A stretch of 62,919 nt of DNA, filler included, from Octopus bimaculoides (GCF_001194135.2; 4 parts of 4 records of this genome joined end to end with filler, not necessarily neighbours in it), one strand, 5' to 3'. Numbered from the whole stretch's first letter, positions 1-12,406 are shown. Notes: generated by a model not told the origin, from the sequence alone. Program-made: numbers and translations.

Positions 1-739
1 GCCGATTTGTTCCACAAAACCCCACCCTCCTTCATAGCTGTGCCCCAGCATGGCCGCAGTTCAATGACTGAAACAGGCAAAAGATTTTTTGAGTAAGTTA
101 TATGAAGCACAGTCTGACAGGTACACACATCTCTAGTAATCACACCAACAAAAGAACAAGCGTAATATACATATACATATATATATATATATATATAAGC
201 CTATTTCCTTATTAAACTAAATTTCAAGGTGTTTGTTTCTCAATTAAAACGAAGAATAATGATATCACAGGATTACAAAAGCTTTTAAAATCTCGCTACA
301 CGTGCAAAGAAAAGTGATATATGATATTAGAAACGGATAAAGAGAACTATATATAATGTATCCACAACGATAAAAAGAACTATATAAATCTGACTATAGC
401 GATAAAGTGAACTCGAGATAGCATAAGGATATAGATGCCGCCGTTCGTCTTCATTGAGATAAAATATTTCCAACAGTAACCAAAAAAATTCGGTTTCAAA
501 TCTAGAAATGATATCCTGATCTAGATAGAGTTATTGTTTCGTGTAAATATAGAAGCAAGCATGACTGTGTGGTGAAAAAAAGCGCGTTTTGCAACCATGC
601 GGTTACCAGTTCAGTCCCACTGCGCGGTACTTTGTTCAAGTGTCTTATTTCTGCTATAGTCTAGGGTCATCTTAATGTCTTGTGAGTGAATTTGTTAGAC
701 GGAAACTATGTGGAAGCACGTCGTGCGCACGAGTGTATG

Positions 740-779
<40 letters not shown>

Positions 780-814
780 CAGANNNNNNNNNNNNNNNNN
801 NNNNNNNNNNNNNN

Positions 815-1330
815 TTAAAAGTATAACCATTATAACTTAGATAACTTAGATTGGTTTCGGCCATTATCGGCCCAGGCCACGACTAACTCAATAGCACCAC
901 CTGGAAAAGTCATTTAGTTAATTATTTCGGGACACTATGGACCACTCAAGCAGAGAGTTGTTGGTTGAGGCGTATCCAGGTGTAGGCGCTTTATCCGGTA
1001 TTTCCTGGAGGAATTTGTCCAGGTACCGTTTGAAAGTTGTAGGGGGTCTTTTTCTACTTAAATTTCTTTCGGGATAACATTGAAAAGAGCAGGACCATTT
1101 GCAGTGAAGAGATTGTGTCGCAAGGTTCTTATGTGATCTCGACTTTTGTAGGGGACGCATTGCACGGGAGCCTAGTCTTAGGTGAATTGTAAACATAATA
1201 CCAATATCATTTAGATAATATTGGTGGAATACTTTCCACATGGTGCAAATAATGTATCGCTCACGGCGGCGTTGCAGAGAATAGAGTTTCAGCTGTTTAA
1301 GTCGAGCCCAATAATCAAGTCCCATCATGC
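815..1330 (-). mobile_element. CR1/L2-group LINE, 3' fragment (RT C-terminal region and tail)
   Basis: ORF 918-1328 reads LDYWARLKQLKLYSLQRRRERY...FKRYLDKFLQEIPD..PGY..NNSLLEW, typical of invertebrate CR1-like ORF2 C-termini. It ends in a short tandem tail (ataacttag x2). Confidence 0.72.
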
Positions 1331-1499
1331 CATTATGTCTTGTTTTATAGGTATTTATACTCCGGTGAAATTAAGAAATCAACTCGTAAATAAACAAAAC
1401 CCGCGAATCCATCACTGTACACAGACACACACACGCAGTCGCATATCTATGAATGTATTTATGTATAATATGTTTGAAAAGAATAAAGCCAAATTTTCA

Positions 1500-1655
1500 T
1501 AATTTCAAATCACTCACCTAATGAGTATTTCTGTCAAATTTGGTGAAAATCCGTTCAGCCGTTTTCCAGTAATGTTGCGAACGTACAGGCAAACAGACGA
1601 AAACGAGTGATTACAATATCCTGCTTTCGCTTACACGCGCAGGGCAATAATGATT
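1500..1655 (+). mobile_element. Helentron/DINE-1-like non-autonomous element, 3' end
   Basis: aaatttggtgaaaatccgttcagccg...acaggcaaacagac...gattacaatat, followed by a cctgc...gcagg hairpin. Motif order resembles HINE/DINE-1 ends. Confidence 0.4.
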
Positions 1656-1950
1656 TCTCACTGAGACACAATGTCAGATATTTAGGGGATGTAGTTTTCT
1701 TTAAAATTTTTTGTCATTTTTCTCCCTGTGGGATGATGTCTTTTATTTATTTTTATGGTTGGATCAACACATTTCCTAATGTTAACAACTTGTAATTGTT
1801 AAATAGGTGCGGTTACTATTCCTTTGTCATGCCGACCAAACAGTACTTTGTACAAGGACAAAACACAATGAATTGGGTTATGATCAGAATTTTAACCTTC
1901 GTACATGAAAATACTATGTTTATACTCCATTGTACCTCCTTATATATTTT

Positions 1951-2345
1951 ATCTTTTGCTTGTTTCAGTCATTGGATTCTGGCCATGTTGGAGCACCACT
2001 TTGAAAGGTTTAATTGTACAAATCGGTCCCAGGATTTTTTTGTTTTGTTTTAAACTCTGGTACTTATTTTATCAGTTATTTGGCCGAACTGCTAATGTAT
2101 GGTGGCGTAAACAAACCAACACCGGTTGTCTAGCGATGGTCGAGGTGGAGAATACACACACACACATAAACACACAGATGTATGTATGTATCTATGTACA
2201 CGATTCAGTTTCTGCCAACCAATTGACTCACAAGGCATTGTTCGGCCCAGGCCTTTGATAGAAGTTACGTGCCCAAGGTGACACTGAACCTGGAACCATG
2301 TGGCTGCAAAACGAGCTTCTTAACTACACAGCTATGCCTGTGCCT
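1951..2345 (-). mobile_element. tRNA-derived SINE, family A (octopus OK/OR-like)
   Basis: Reverse complement of the family seen at 4761-5120 and 45803-46226: head, internal CA/TA microsatellite, tail ccagcatggcc..gactgaaacaag. Confidence 0.75.
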
Positions 2346-2467
2346 ATATATTTAATTGGTACAAGACTCAAAAGTTAAGAGTTTTGAGCATTGGCTCATA
2401 TCAAGTTTGATAAATACCAACGCATGAAACACTCAACCCTTAAGTCACTTTCTAATTTCTGCTCTTC

Positions 2468-2600
2468 CCAACCACATGGTCCTGGGTTCAGTCCCATTGT
2501 GTGGAACCATGGGTAAATGTCTTCTAGTATTGCCCTGGGCCGACCAATGCCTTGTCAGTGGATTTGGTTGGAAGGAAACTGAAAGAGACGCATCAAGTAT
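2468..2600 (+). mobile_element. SINE family A, 5' head, truncated by mariner insertion
   Basis: ccaaccacatggtcctgggttcagtccc...ggaaactgaaag. It ends at the TA run where the mariner begins. Confidence 0.7.
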
Positions 2601-2603
2601 ATA

Positions 2604-3869
2604 TCAGGTTGAGTAAAAAAAAGTAAGCAACTTTTTGAACCATGAAGAATTTGTATCGGAATTTGTGCAGAGTATTGAGCTGTTTTTAAACATTTTTTTG
2701 CAACTGTCTGATAATGCCCAAATGCATCAATAAATTAATTTGATATTTTTTCACCGTTGTTACAATCATCTGAAATGGAATTGTCAAAGTGCGATATTCG
2801 AGCAATTTTGCTATTCAACTTCAAAAAAGAACGTAAAGTAGCTGAAACTGTTCACGATATCAACGAAACGTTTGGTGAGGAAATGACCACCGAGTGGTCA
2901 GTTCGAAAATGGTTTAAACGATTTCGCAATGGAGACCTAAGCCTTGAAGATCGTGAGCGTAGTGGATGCCCATCTGTCATCGATGACGGTCAATTAAAGA
3001 TCGTCATTGAGAAAGATTCACTTAAAATCACTCGAGAACTGGCAAAAGAAGTTCAAGTTAGCCAGAAAACTGCCTGCAACCATTTGCATCCAATCGGAAA
3101 AGCAAAAAAGCTCGACAAATGGGTACCACGCGATTTGAATGAAAATCAGAAAATGTGCAGATATGAAATTTGTTCGTCACTTCTTCGTAACCAGACCGAT
3201 CCATTTCTCGACTGTATTGTAACTTGCGATCAAAAGTGGATTCTGTACAACGATAAAAAATGTCCTTCGCAGTGGTTGGACCAAAATGAAGCACCGAAAA
3301 CTTTCCCTAAGCCCGAGCATTTCAAAAAGAAGGTTATGGTGACTGTTTGGTGGTGTACTGCTGGACTCATCTGCTATAACTTCTTAAAACCTAGTAAAAC
3401 CATTACTGCAGAAACATATTTCTACGAAATTGCCAAAATGAACGAAAAATTGCTACTCCTCCGTCCCAGACTGGTCAACAGAAGAGGGCTAATCATTCTT
3501 CATGAGAATGCTCGACCACACGTTTCACTAATGACGCTCCAGAAATTGAGGGAACCTGGCGAAAAAGTTCCTCACCCAGCTTATTCCCCTAGACCTTTCT
3601 CTTACCGACTACCACTTTTTCAAGCACCTTGATGGTTTCCTGCGAGAGAAGGAGTTCAAAAATCAAACCGATGCTGAAAGTGCGTTCAAAGAGTTCATCA
3701 GCCCCAGAACTCCAGATTTTTATGTTACCAGAAATAAACAAGCTTGTAACTGGTTGGCAAAAATGTGTTGATTGTAACAGTACTTTGATGAATAAAATTT
3801 CCGCAATGTTGAAATATATTGTGATGAATTTCAGGTTTTAAAATGTTGCATACTTTTTACTCAGCCTGA
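2604..3869 (+). mobile_element. Full-length mariner (DD34D) transposon, ~1.27 kb
   Basis: TIRs tcaggttgagtaaaaaaaagtaagcaac (2604-) and gttgcatactttttactcagcctga (-3869). TA on the left flank. Encloses a transposase. Confidence 0.92.
2775..3790 (+). pseudogene. Mariner transposase pseudogene
   Basis: MELSKCDIRAILLFNFK HTH, WVPRDL, IVTCDQKW, ILHENARPH (second catalytic D changed to E), YSP. Frameshifts follow, then DLSLTDYHFFKHLD and INKLVTGWQKCVDCN in other frames. Confidence 0.88.
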
Positions 3870-4361
3870 TTTTATATATAAGTATGTATGTATGTATGCA
3901 TGTATAAAGTGCTCCTTTGGCGTGTGATCTACATGGCAGATTAGGTTACTTTTAAAATTATTTTGTACATACTTAGCATTGTAAATGTATTTTTTTAAAA
4001 ATTCTTACTAGGCAGTTCCTTGTTATAACTAATTGTTAGTTAATACTCAACGGTACATCTCCACTCCTAAAATCGGTGTCTCTATTGTAACTGACCTAGT
4101 TTTTGCATGAACGCCTAAGTACACCACACACAACTATAAGTAGACTAAATAAATACTTGTAACACGCTATCTGTCCTCCTCTTCCCCCTCTCTCTCTCTC
4201 TCTTTCACCAACACCTACCACACCTCATCCCACATTGACACACACGTGTGCATACATACATACATAAATCTTTCTACATCTCTCTCTCTCTCTACACACA
4301 CATTATATTATGTCTATCAACTACATCTGTATATCTCCAGCTATCCGCCCCCATCTCTCTC

Positions 4362-4405
<44 letters not shown>

Positions 4406-4760
4406 NNNNNNNNNNNNNNNNNNNNNNNNNNNNNNNNNNNNNNNNNNNNNNNNNNNNNNNNNNNNNNNNNNNNNNNNNNNNNNNNNNNNNNNNNNNNNNN
4501 NNNNNNNNNNNNNNNNNNNNNNNNNNNNNNNNNNNNNNNNNNNNNNNNNNNNNNNNNNNNNNNNNNNNNNNNNNNNNNNNNNNNNNNNNNNNNNNNNNNN
4601 NNNNNNNNNNNNNNNNNNNNNNNNNNNNNNNNNNNNNNNNNNNNNNNNNNNNNNNNNNNNNNNNNNNNNNNNNNNNNNNNNNNNNNNNNNNNNNNNNNNN
4701 NNNNNNNNNNNNNNNNNNNNNNNNNNNNNNNNNNNNNNNNTATATATATATATACACACA

Positions 4761-5120
4761 GGTGCAGGAGCGGCTGCGTGGTAAATAACTTGTTTACCAA
4801 CCATATGGTTCTAGGTTCAGTTCCACTGCGTGGCACCTTGTCATCTACTAAAGCTTCGGGCCGACCAAAGCCTTGTGGGTGGATTTGGTAGACGGAAACC
4901 GAAAGAAGCCCGTCGTATATATATGTGTGTGTTTGTCCCCCCACCATCGTTTGACAACCGATGTTGATATGTTCACGTCCGCGTAACGTAGCTGTTCGGC
5001 AAAAGAAACCGATAGAATAAGTACTAGTCTTACAAAGAATTAGTCCTGGGGTCGATTTATTCGACTACAAGCGGTGCCCCAGCATGGCCGCAGTCAAATG
5101 ACTGAAACAAATAAAAGAAT
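4761..5120 (+). mobile_element. SINE family A, near full length, CpG-rich
   Basis: A-box-like ggctgcgtggtaa, B-box-like ggttcagttcc, body gggccgaccaaagccttgtg, tail ccagcatggccgcagtcaaatgactgaaac. Confidence 0.85.
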
Positions 5121-5914
5121 ATATATATAATGATATAGGTGAATACATAAATAAGGGTACTAGATAGTACCAGTTTTGCTAGAAATAGGAGTAAAAAACC
5201 GACTCAATTAGCCACAAACACTGAAAGTTAACATGCTGACGAAATCGGGGAAGCGAGAAAAAACAGCCAACATACCAAAGTGATGGAAAATCGCAAATGA
5301 GAATGCAGATATACCCATATCACGTAATTTTTACGTATATATTTTTACATGTGAATAAATAGTGAAAATGCATGAAATAGGGCGGCAAAATATCAGAGAA
5401 AGGATTTAGTATCACTGACGTTGAGGACCCATCGTTTACTGGAAAAACATTTATCGCATTGTTGAAGTGACTGAACAAACTTATGATAAAATGTTTAATA
5501 GCCGCGACCATCTTGCTGAGTATCAAGGATTACATTTGCTAATGTAGCCTTTATTTTTGAAGGTATACCAGCATATTATTTGTGATGGAGGATCTTTTCT
5601 GTTTGGCTGCCACTTTTCTATTTTGCAATTTTTGTTCCAACTGATTTCGTATTTAGCGTATTGGTGTAGTTTTTGTAAGGTAATCATTGACATTTAATTC
5701 ATTTTCGCCATAAATCAATAAATAAGAGTCAATAGTTTTTACAGTTTGCAAATTTTGGGTAATTTGAGCCAATCGAAAGCCACAGACATATAGATGCCTG
5801 TTTCCATAGTAACAAGAAAGCTGTTACCAAGCTGCTTACTCATGCGGTCATTTTTCGCTTATTAAATGGTGGTCGTGAGATGTGTTAAACATAATAGCTA
5901 AAGAGGCCTTAAAT

Positions 5915-6115
5915 TACTTACCAAGTAAAATGCTTAGCGGCATTTCGTCCATGTTTATGTTCTGAGTTCAAATTCCGCCGAGGTCGACTTTGTCTTTCAT
6001 CCTTTCAGGGTCGATAAAATAAGTACCAGTTGAACACTGGCGGTCAATTTAATCGATTTAACCCCTCCCACCAAATTTCAGGCCTTGTGCCTATAGTAGA
6101 AATTATTATCATAGT
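5915..6115 (+). mobile_element. tRNA-derived SINE family B (CORE-like body, ATT tail)
   Basis: gagttcaaattccgccgaggtcgactttgtctttcatcctttcagggtcgataaaataagtaccagtt. Further copies at about 6478-6680(-), 15310-15500, 23820-23945, 24995-25200, 26290-26560, 30100-30290(-), 37245-37470, 39300-39520, 50130-50600(-, two), 51450-51540(-), 53060-53190, 56000-56210, 58925-59115(-). Confidence 0.8.
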
Positions 6116-6124
6116 TATTATTAT

Positions 6125-6330
6125 TTTTAATCTGCATGTTTGTTACAATTACTTGCCGAGACACACCCAACGTCTTAGGGTGAGTGAAGGATAAGAGATA
6201 TGACAGAAAGCTTGGGGAGGGGAAGTGACAGTGGCAATAGCGAAATATCTTCATGTAATACAACACAGATTGTGGGCAGTACTTGTCAACACAATCTTTT
6301 GGATTTCTCTGAGACATGGTTCCCCCGGGA
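6125..6330 (-). mobile_element. RLE-type (R4/Dong/NeSL-like) LINE 3' end
   Basis: Homologous to 51185-51420 (PGE.CL.EIQKI.LTST..). Shares the 3' UTR ending caaacatgcagattaaaa followed by (AAT)n. Confidence 0.6.
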
Positions 6331-6704
6331 TATTATCTATTATTATTATCATTATTATTCAAAACAGCTTGATTCGGCTCCATGTGACTTAAGGTTTCGC
6401 GGGCCTCTAGCAGAAACCTCATTCGGGCCTAGATTACCGAATGAAGAAACAACAACAACAACAACAATAATTCTTTCTACGAAAGGCACAAGGCCTGAAA
6501 TTTGTGGGGAGGGGGTTAGCCGATTACTGGTGTTTCACTGGTTCTTAATTCATTGACCCGAAAGGATGAAAGGTAAAATCGACTTCGGCGAAATTTGAAC
6601 ACAGAACGTAGTGACGGGCGAAATATCGCTAAGCATTTTGCCCGGCATGCTAACGATTCTTCCAGCTCGCCGCGTTAATGGTGGTAATAATAATAATAAT
6701 AATA

Positions 6705-7065
6705 GTCAAGTGTCTTCTACTACAGCTCCCACCCAATGGGCTGACAAACAGCAGCTTTGTGAATGAATTTGATGGACAGAAACTAAAAGAAACCTGTCGT
6801 AAGCATATATATGTGTGTGTTTTACTCTCTCCTTAGTTATAAACGAACGTCAGTGTCATACAAGCGGTGTCCATTTCCAATCTTCAGTGAAAAGCATGTC
6901 TAGCCATGGGGAAATATTACCTTNNNNNNNNNNNNNNTATATATATAAAGGTGAGTGCTGATGACAGGACAGGCATCCGATCGTAGAAAATCTGCCTCAA
7001 TACTTTCTATCGAACCCATGCGAGCATGGAAAAGTGGCCGTTAAAATAAAGATGAAATGATAATG
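6705..7065 (+). mobile_element. SINE family D: family-A-type head, Meta-like core, RTE-like tail
   Basis: caagtgtcttctactac head, then ..caggacaggcatccgatcgtagaaaatctgcc..aacccatgcgagcatggaaaagtgg tail. Further copies or fragments at about 35680-35960(-), 37550-37720(-), 38995-39200(-), 39620-39870(-), 41345-41520(-), 46340-46480(-), 48185-48430(+), 49400-49600(-), 59700-59885(-). Confidence 0.65.
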
Positions 7066-7774
7066 ATATATTCAAAAGGTAATTACAGGAAAATCGAAGA
7101 AAGGTCTCATCAATACATATGAACTGGAACAACAAAATTCTGCTCAAAGTAAGATTGACCTCTGATCGATCTGCTGATAATCAACAGTTCTTTTTAGTAT
7201 AGTAGACTAGAAATGAAATCATTATCCGAGAAAAAGAAAAGATATGGCAAAATTGAAAGCCTCGACCCTTTAACTGCGAAATTAAATTTCATGGTTACTC
7301 CAGTAATGATGTTAAATATCTAGAAATAGAATTGGTATTTTTTTTCTTTGCAAGTCACGTTGCCTCAAGAAACTTGACATATATCAACAACAAATTGCTT
7401 CAAACATGACATTCGTCGACAAAAGCTAGATTGGTATATATAAAACTGCCTTTAGCAGGCAAGGGTAATGAAATTTTGAACGGATACATATGATTTCCAC
7501 GGTAAAAGAGTTCAAAATAAATGGTTGCCTCAAATCACTGAATGACTGTTTTTAGAATCTTCTTTTGAAATCTACCACTGGTCTGCAGGTTTGCTGGCAA
7601 TGACCAACAGTGGTTCTCGACCATAAATTTTAACATCAAAATCTTATATGAACATCCAAAGGTCATGTGAACCCCAGTTGAGAACCACTGCTTTAAACAG
7701 AAGATTATCATTATCTGTAAAGTGAATATCATAATGGGAAGCTTTACAGCATATAGAATTTAGATCTGAAAATC

Positions 7775-8380
7775 TGTCAATCTGAAGCACCTCAGGGTAA
7801 ACGATGCTCATTTTGTAATTTTTTGTTGGTGTCCAACTCATGAGCAACCGACATAGAGTTGGCCGTGGGAGAAGCATGTAGTAGGGAGATGATGTCCAAC
7901 TACCTTGAGGAACTGACCCTGAGATTTGTTATTTGAAATACCAAAACTTAGTTTGACTGGAAAACGAAATCTCTTAAATTCAAGTGGAACATCTGTAGGT
8001 ATGAGAGGATATTTTGGAATGAAGACATTTTCTTCTTTGTTATGATTGTTGCCTGTAGGACATGGGGCTCCATGGAAGTAACAATTAAGCGAGTTCCATT
8101 ACATAGGCGAGGTGGGTCAAGATACCTAAGCAACATAATGGGAGCAACTAGCTTTAGTGTCAAGTTATGCGGTGGCATCCCAGTGGGTTTAAGTGTGTTC
8201 AGAAATTCAACAGGGTATTGAACAGCCTGATCTTGATCGACTGAGTGAATTGGTGGAAAATTCATTTCTGATGTATCGGTTAACTTTTGAAGGAGTTCAT
8301 GATTGAGTTTATTAACCATTTCATTAGTTGGAGCCAGTATAGCTCTTTCACATAGCCAGTTTACATCAGTGTAATTGACA
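7775..8380 (-). mobile_element. Helitron PIF1-like helicase, C-terminal fragment (frameshifted)
   Basis: WLCERAILAPTN..PVEFLNTLKPTGMPPHNLTLK..PIMLLRYLDPPRLCNGTRL, then VFIPKYPLIPTDVPLEFKRFRFPVKLSF...NKSQGQ...CFSHGQLYVGCS and IVYPEVLQ. Confidence 0.9.
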
Positions 8381-8384
8381 ATCA

Positions 8385-8775
8385 CACATACACTCTCACA
8401 TATAGTAAAACAGATACACACACTCACAGACAATACACACTCATATACAAAATGTATCGTCGTTATATAAAATGTCCTTTACTATGTCGTACGTAACGAA
8501 CGTGCAAACACACACACTCACAGACACATATAGGCTCATAGACAAAATGTGTCGTCGTCGTGGTATAAAATGTCCTTTATTATGTCGTACGTAGCGAACG
8601 CGGAAAAACATACACACTAACAGACACACACTAATATAAAAAAATGTGTGGTGGTGGTGTGGTGATATAAAATGTCCTTTACTATGTCGTACGTGACAAA
8701 CGCGCAAACATACACACACACACACTCATATACAAAATGTGACGACGTCGTGGTATAAAATGTAGTTTACCATAG
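8385..8775. repeat. Minisatellite, ~4 copies of an 80-95 bp unit
   Basis: Repeated caaaatgtgtcgtcg..tataaaatgtcctttactatgtcgtacgt..aacg, directly 5' of the Helitron fragment. Confidence 0.8.
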
Positions 8776-8949
8776 TTGAGTACAGAAAGATTATTTTCGA
8801 GAAAATGTTATATTGTTTTAACCCAAATGAAAAAAAATTGCATGTTGCCACTCGCAAGGTGTAATACTATTACATTGTAAAATTTGATTTGATGGAGCCG
8901 TTTGAGAATGTATGGGGAACAGAGACAAAGAATTTTATATATACATAGA

Positions 8950-9112
8950 GATATATACGAGCTTCTTTCAGTTTCCGTCTACTAAATCCACTCGCAAGAC
9001 TTTGGTCAGCCCGAGGCTTTAGCAGAAGAAAGTTGCCCAAGGTGCCACACAGTCGGACTGAACTTGGAGCCATGTGGTTGGGAAGCAAATTTACCATACA
9101 GCCACACCTGCG

Positions 9113-9113
<1 letters not shown>
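8950..9113 (-). mobile_element. SINE family A head
   Basis: Reverse complement of the A head (cttctttcagtttccgtctactaaatccactc...catacagccacacctgcgc). Confidence 0.75.
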
Positions 9114-9194
<81 letters not shown>

Positions 9195-10304
9195 GGGAGA
9201 GATAGATAACACACACTGACAGTATCTCACCCACAGATACGAGACTAAATTCTGAGAATGCAAACTAGTGTGCAGCACTATTAGTTATGCAATGCATATC
9301 ATTTACTTCTTGTCATATCATGCAGATTCAGTGCATACAATATTCACCAGAATCTAAACAGTTCCTCTAGAGCATACTCAATCGTTTACGCACAGCATTT
9401 TATTATTATTATCATTATTATTATTATAGAAAATAGAAATCAACAAAAATATAAAGGAAACATTTTCTGACATTTTTTTAATAAAACAAATATTTAGTTT
9501 TTATATTTTTGTCAGCCATAATGAGCAAATATATTTCCAAAAACACATCAGTAGCGTTTTGAGAAATAAAACAAATAAAATAGCTATTACCACGGCAGGC
9601 GTCTCCTGTGTAAATATCACCACAACCTACTTAACGGTTATCAGCAAGTTCATCTCTAGTGCTTTCAATACTTGTATGCTTAATTACAAATCGATGTTTT
9701 TTGTACATATTATTAAGAGTAATTGGTCAAGTGAGATAGTTTATATTTTTCACATGCAATGTTTTCTTCATATTCCTGCAGACCTTCCTCCAAATAAAAG
9801 TAGATTTCCCTTTTTTCTGTTTCGGACTTCCAATTTATTTTTGAGACCAAACTACAATAGACGTTGTAGTTCTTACAGTCTTTTCCTCGGCCATTTTCAA
9901 ATACTTTTGCTTACTGTATTAATTATGTTAACACTAATTTAAACACGTGAGAGCCTGGAATGGAATCAACAGATGATTAAGATGCGTATCGTACTTAATG
10001 CAGAAACATCGCAAAAACGAACTGTGTTTCGCAACATCGGTGATTTTTCAATCACTGTTTTCCTATGCCAGTAGTAACAGATTTTGTCTTGTGTGGCTGA
10101 CGTGGGTAAATGCGACTGACAAAGCCCAACGAGGTAGAGATATGCAACTAGAATTCTCACCACCGCTACTGAACGATTTTCGTCTGTTACTGATATTATT
10201 CTGGTGGATAATTAACATCATTACAGGAGTGACCATAAAATATAACTACGCAGTTGGAAGTCTTATCTTGATAAGGAAATCCAAGAATACATTAACCAAC
10301 GTGT

Positions 10305-10838
10305 TGTAGCGAAGTCCCTGCTGAGTTCTGAATCATCGATCTCAGATTTTCTCCAGCTCAAGATCACGACCTCCTTGCTATAAAAGGCAACGTGTGACCA
10401 CGAAATGTAATAACACCTACGCGAATATGGCTCGACCGATCAGTACTGGCTAGCTTGTTTTGGTAGCAGCGGCGAACTTCAAAAGGAAGGGCGCGAGTCT
10501 TCCCGCGATACAGCATGATCGAAGGTCCTGGAAACTTACTCTTTATGGTTATAAAAATTTGTTTAATTCAACCCCAGAGCTTCTCTCGAGATATGTCGCT
10601 CGGTGGGCTAGTCACTTTCCTTCTTTCACTTTTTCTTACGTATATGCAGTATTCGAGAAAAGACACTGACCTTGAATCGTAGAGTTAACATGTTGCTTAT
10701 ATGCAGTGGTTTTAACTTTTTGTACTTATTTTGTCCTCAATAACTATGAACTACTTTCATAATAATGGTATTTAGCATGTATTTCAGAAGATTACAAGCT
10801 ACTACGTTCGTAGTTCCATTAAATCAGATATTTCTACA
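10305..10838 (+). mobile_element. LTR-like segment
   Basis: Begins TGTAG and ends CTACA. TATAAAA at ~10379, CpG-rich. No TSD found. Confidence 0.3.
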
Positions 10839-10887
10839 CACGCAAATATAAACGACACGGGTTGATAAAAATATACAAATGTCTAAA

Positions 10888-11440
10888 GGCGCATGCGTGA
10901 TTGTATAGCAAGAAGTTTGTTCTCCGACCGGATGGTTCCGGATTTAGTCCCACTGCGTGGAACCTTGGGCAAGTGATTTCTACAATTGGTCCGGGCCGAC
11001 CAAAGCTTTGTGAATAGATTTGGCAGACAGAAACGGAAAGAAGCTCGTCTAGTACATACATACATACAAACATGCATACAAATACATACATATATACATG
11101 CATACACAAATACATACACATACATACATATGTATGTACATACATACATACGTACATATGTGTGTACATAAATACATATGTATTTACACACACACACACA
11201 CACATACTTGCACACGCACATGTGTGCGAGCGTCTTTGTGTTTGTCCCCAACACCGCTTGACAACCAGTGTTCGTTGGTTTACGGCCTCGTAACTTGGCG
11301 GTTCGGCTAAAGAAACCGATACAATAAGTACCAGAATTTAAAAAATAATACAATAATTACTGGGTGTGCGATTTGTTCGACTAAACCCTTCAAGGCGATG
11401 CACCAGCATGGCCGCAGTCTAATGACTGAAACAAGTTAAC
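10888..11440 (+). mobile_element. SINE family A with expanded internal TACA/CA microsatellite
   Basis: Head 10888-11050, microsatellite, tail to gactgaaacaag. Confidence 0.8.
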
Positions 11441-11825
11441 AGATAAATATTAGTGCGGTCATTCTCGCTTCCACGCGCAACCTACCTAATATGGTGAGTT
11501 ATCAACAAAATGATTAATGATTCAAACCTATGCTAAAGTCTACTTCCTTTTCTAAAAGGTAGGGTGTCAATTAATAGAGTTTTGAGTGCAATTTGTAATG
11601 AGTCGAGCACACAATTGGTGTGTGGGCTTGTCTTTACAGCGGCCACTGAAACAAACACTTACATTTAGCTCTTACTTGTTTCAGTCATTGGACTGCAGCC
11701 AACCAGGGGCGCTGCTTTGAAGATTTTAAGCGAACAAAGACACTAATGCATTTTTAAAAAACCTACTACTTATTGAATCAGTCTCTTTTGCCAGACAGCT
11801 GGGTAATGGGGACGTAAACAATTGT

Positions 11826-12406
11826 GTACACGAAGAACCGAAGACTGTTTTAGCTGAAGAATGGACAAAAATTCCATTGGAAAAAATTCAAAATTTGTAC
11901 GAGTCCTGTTGTTGGCACTCCGTCGCTTACGACGTCGAGGATTCCAGTTGATCCGATCAACGGAACAGCCTGCTCGTGAAATTAACGTGCAAGTGGCTGA
12001 GCACTCCACAGACACGTGTACCCTTAACGTAGTTCTCGGGGATATTCAGCGTGACACTGTGACAAGGCTGGCCCTTTGAAATACAGGTACAACAGACACA
12101 GGAAGAAAGAGTGAGAGAAAGTTGTGGTGAAAGAGTACAGTAGGGTTCACCACCATCCCCTGCCGGAGCTTCGTGGAACTTTAGGTGTTTTCGCTCAATA
12201 AACACTCACAACGCCCGGTCTGGGAATCGAAACCGCGATCCTATGACCGCAAGTCCACTTCCCTAACCACTGGGCCATTGCGTCTCCTGTACGAGTCCAT
12301 ACCTCGTAGAATTCAAGCTGTAATTACTGCCAAAGGCGGTCCTACCCCATTTTAAAATTAATTTGTTTGAAATTTTAAGGAGTTTCCATTATTTTGTCCA
12401 ACCCTG
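11826..12406 (+). mobile_element. Tc1-like transposon 3' end, split by a SINE
   Basis: Removing the SINE restores EEW.KIPLEKIQNLYESIPRRIQAVITAKGGPTPF*. Right TIR ggagtttccattattttgtccaaccctg followed by TA. Confidence 0.8.
11907..12287 (-). mobile_element. tRNA-derived SINE family C, full length, 11-bp TSD
   Basis: TSD tgtacgagtcc at 11896-11906 and 12288-12298. A box tggcccagtgg and B box gtttcgattcc on the minus strand. Tail ends in (caa)n. Confidence 0.9.

Noticed and set aside
851-878. GGCC-gataat-GGCC-GAAAC on the minus strand
   Set aside because: Lacks CUGANGA. Better explained as the 3' stem-loop of the CR1-like LINE.
7610-7690. CAGTGGTTCTC/GAGAACCACTG inverted pair (hAT-like)
   Set aside because: No 8-bp TSD. 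Probably remnants of hAT ends and not reportable as a defined element.
8385-8775. Regular repeats checked as a possible CRISPR-like array (also 57838-58568)
   Set aside because: Eukaryotic context, and the units are tandem and diverged without unique spacers.
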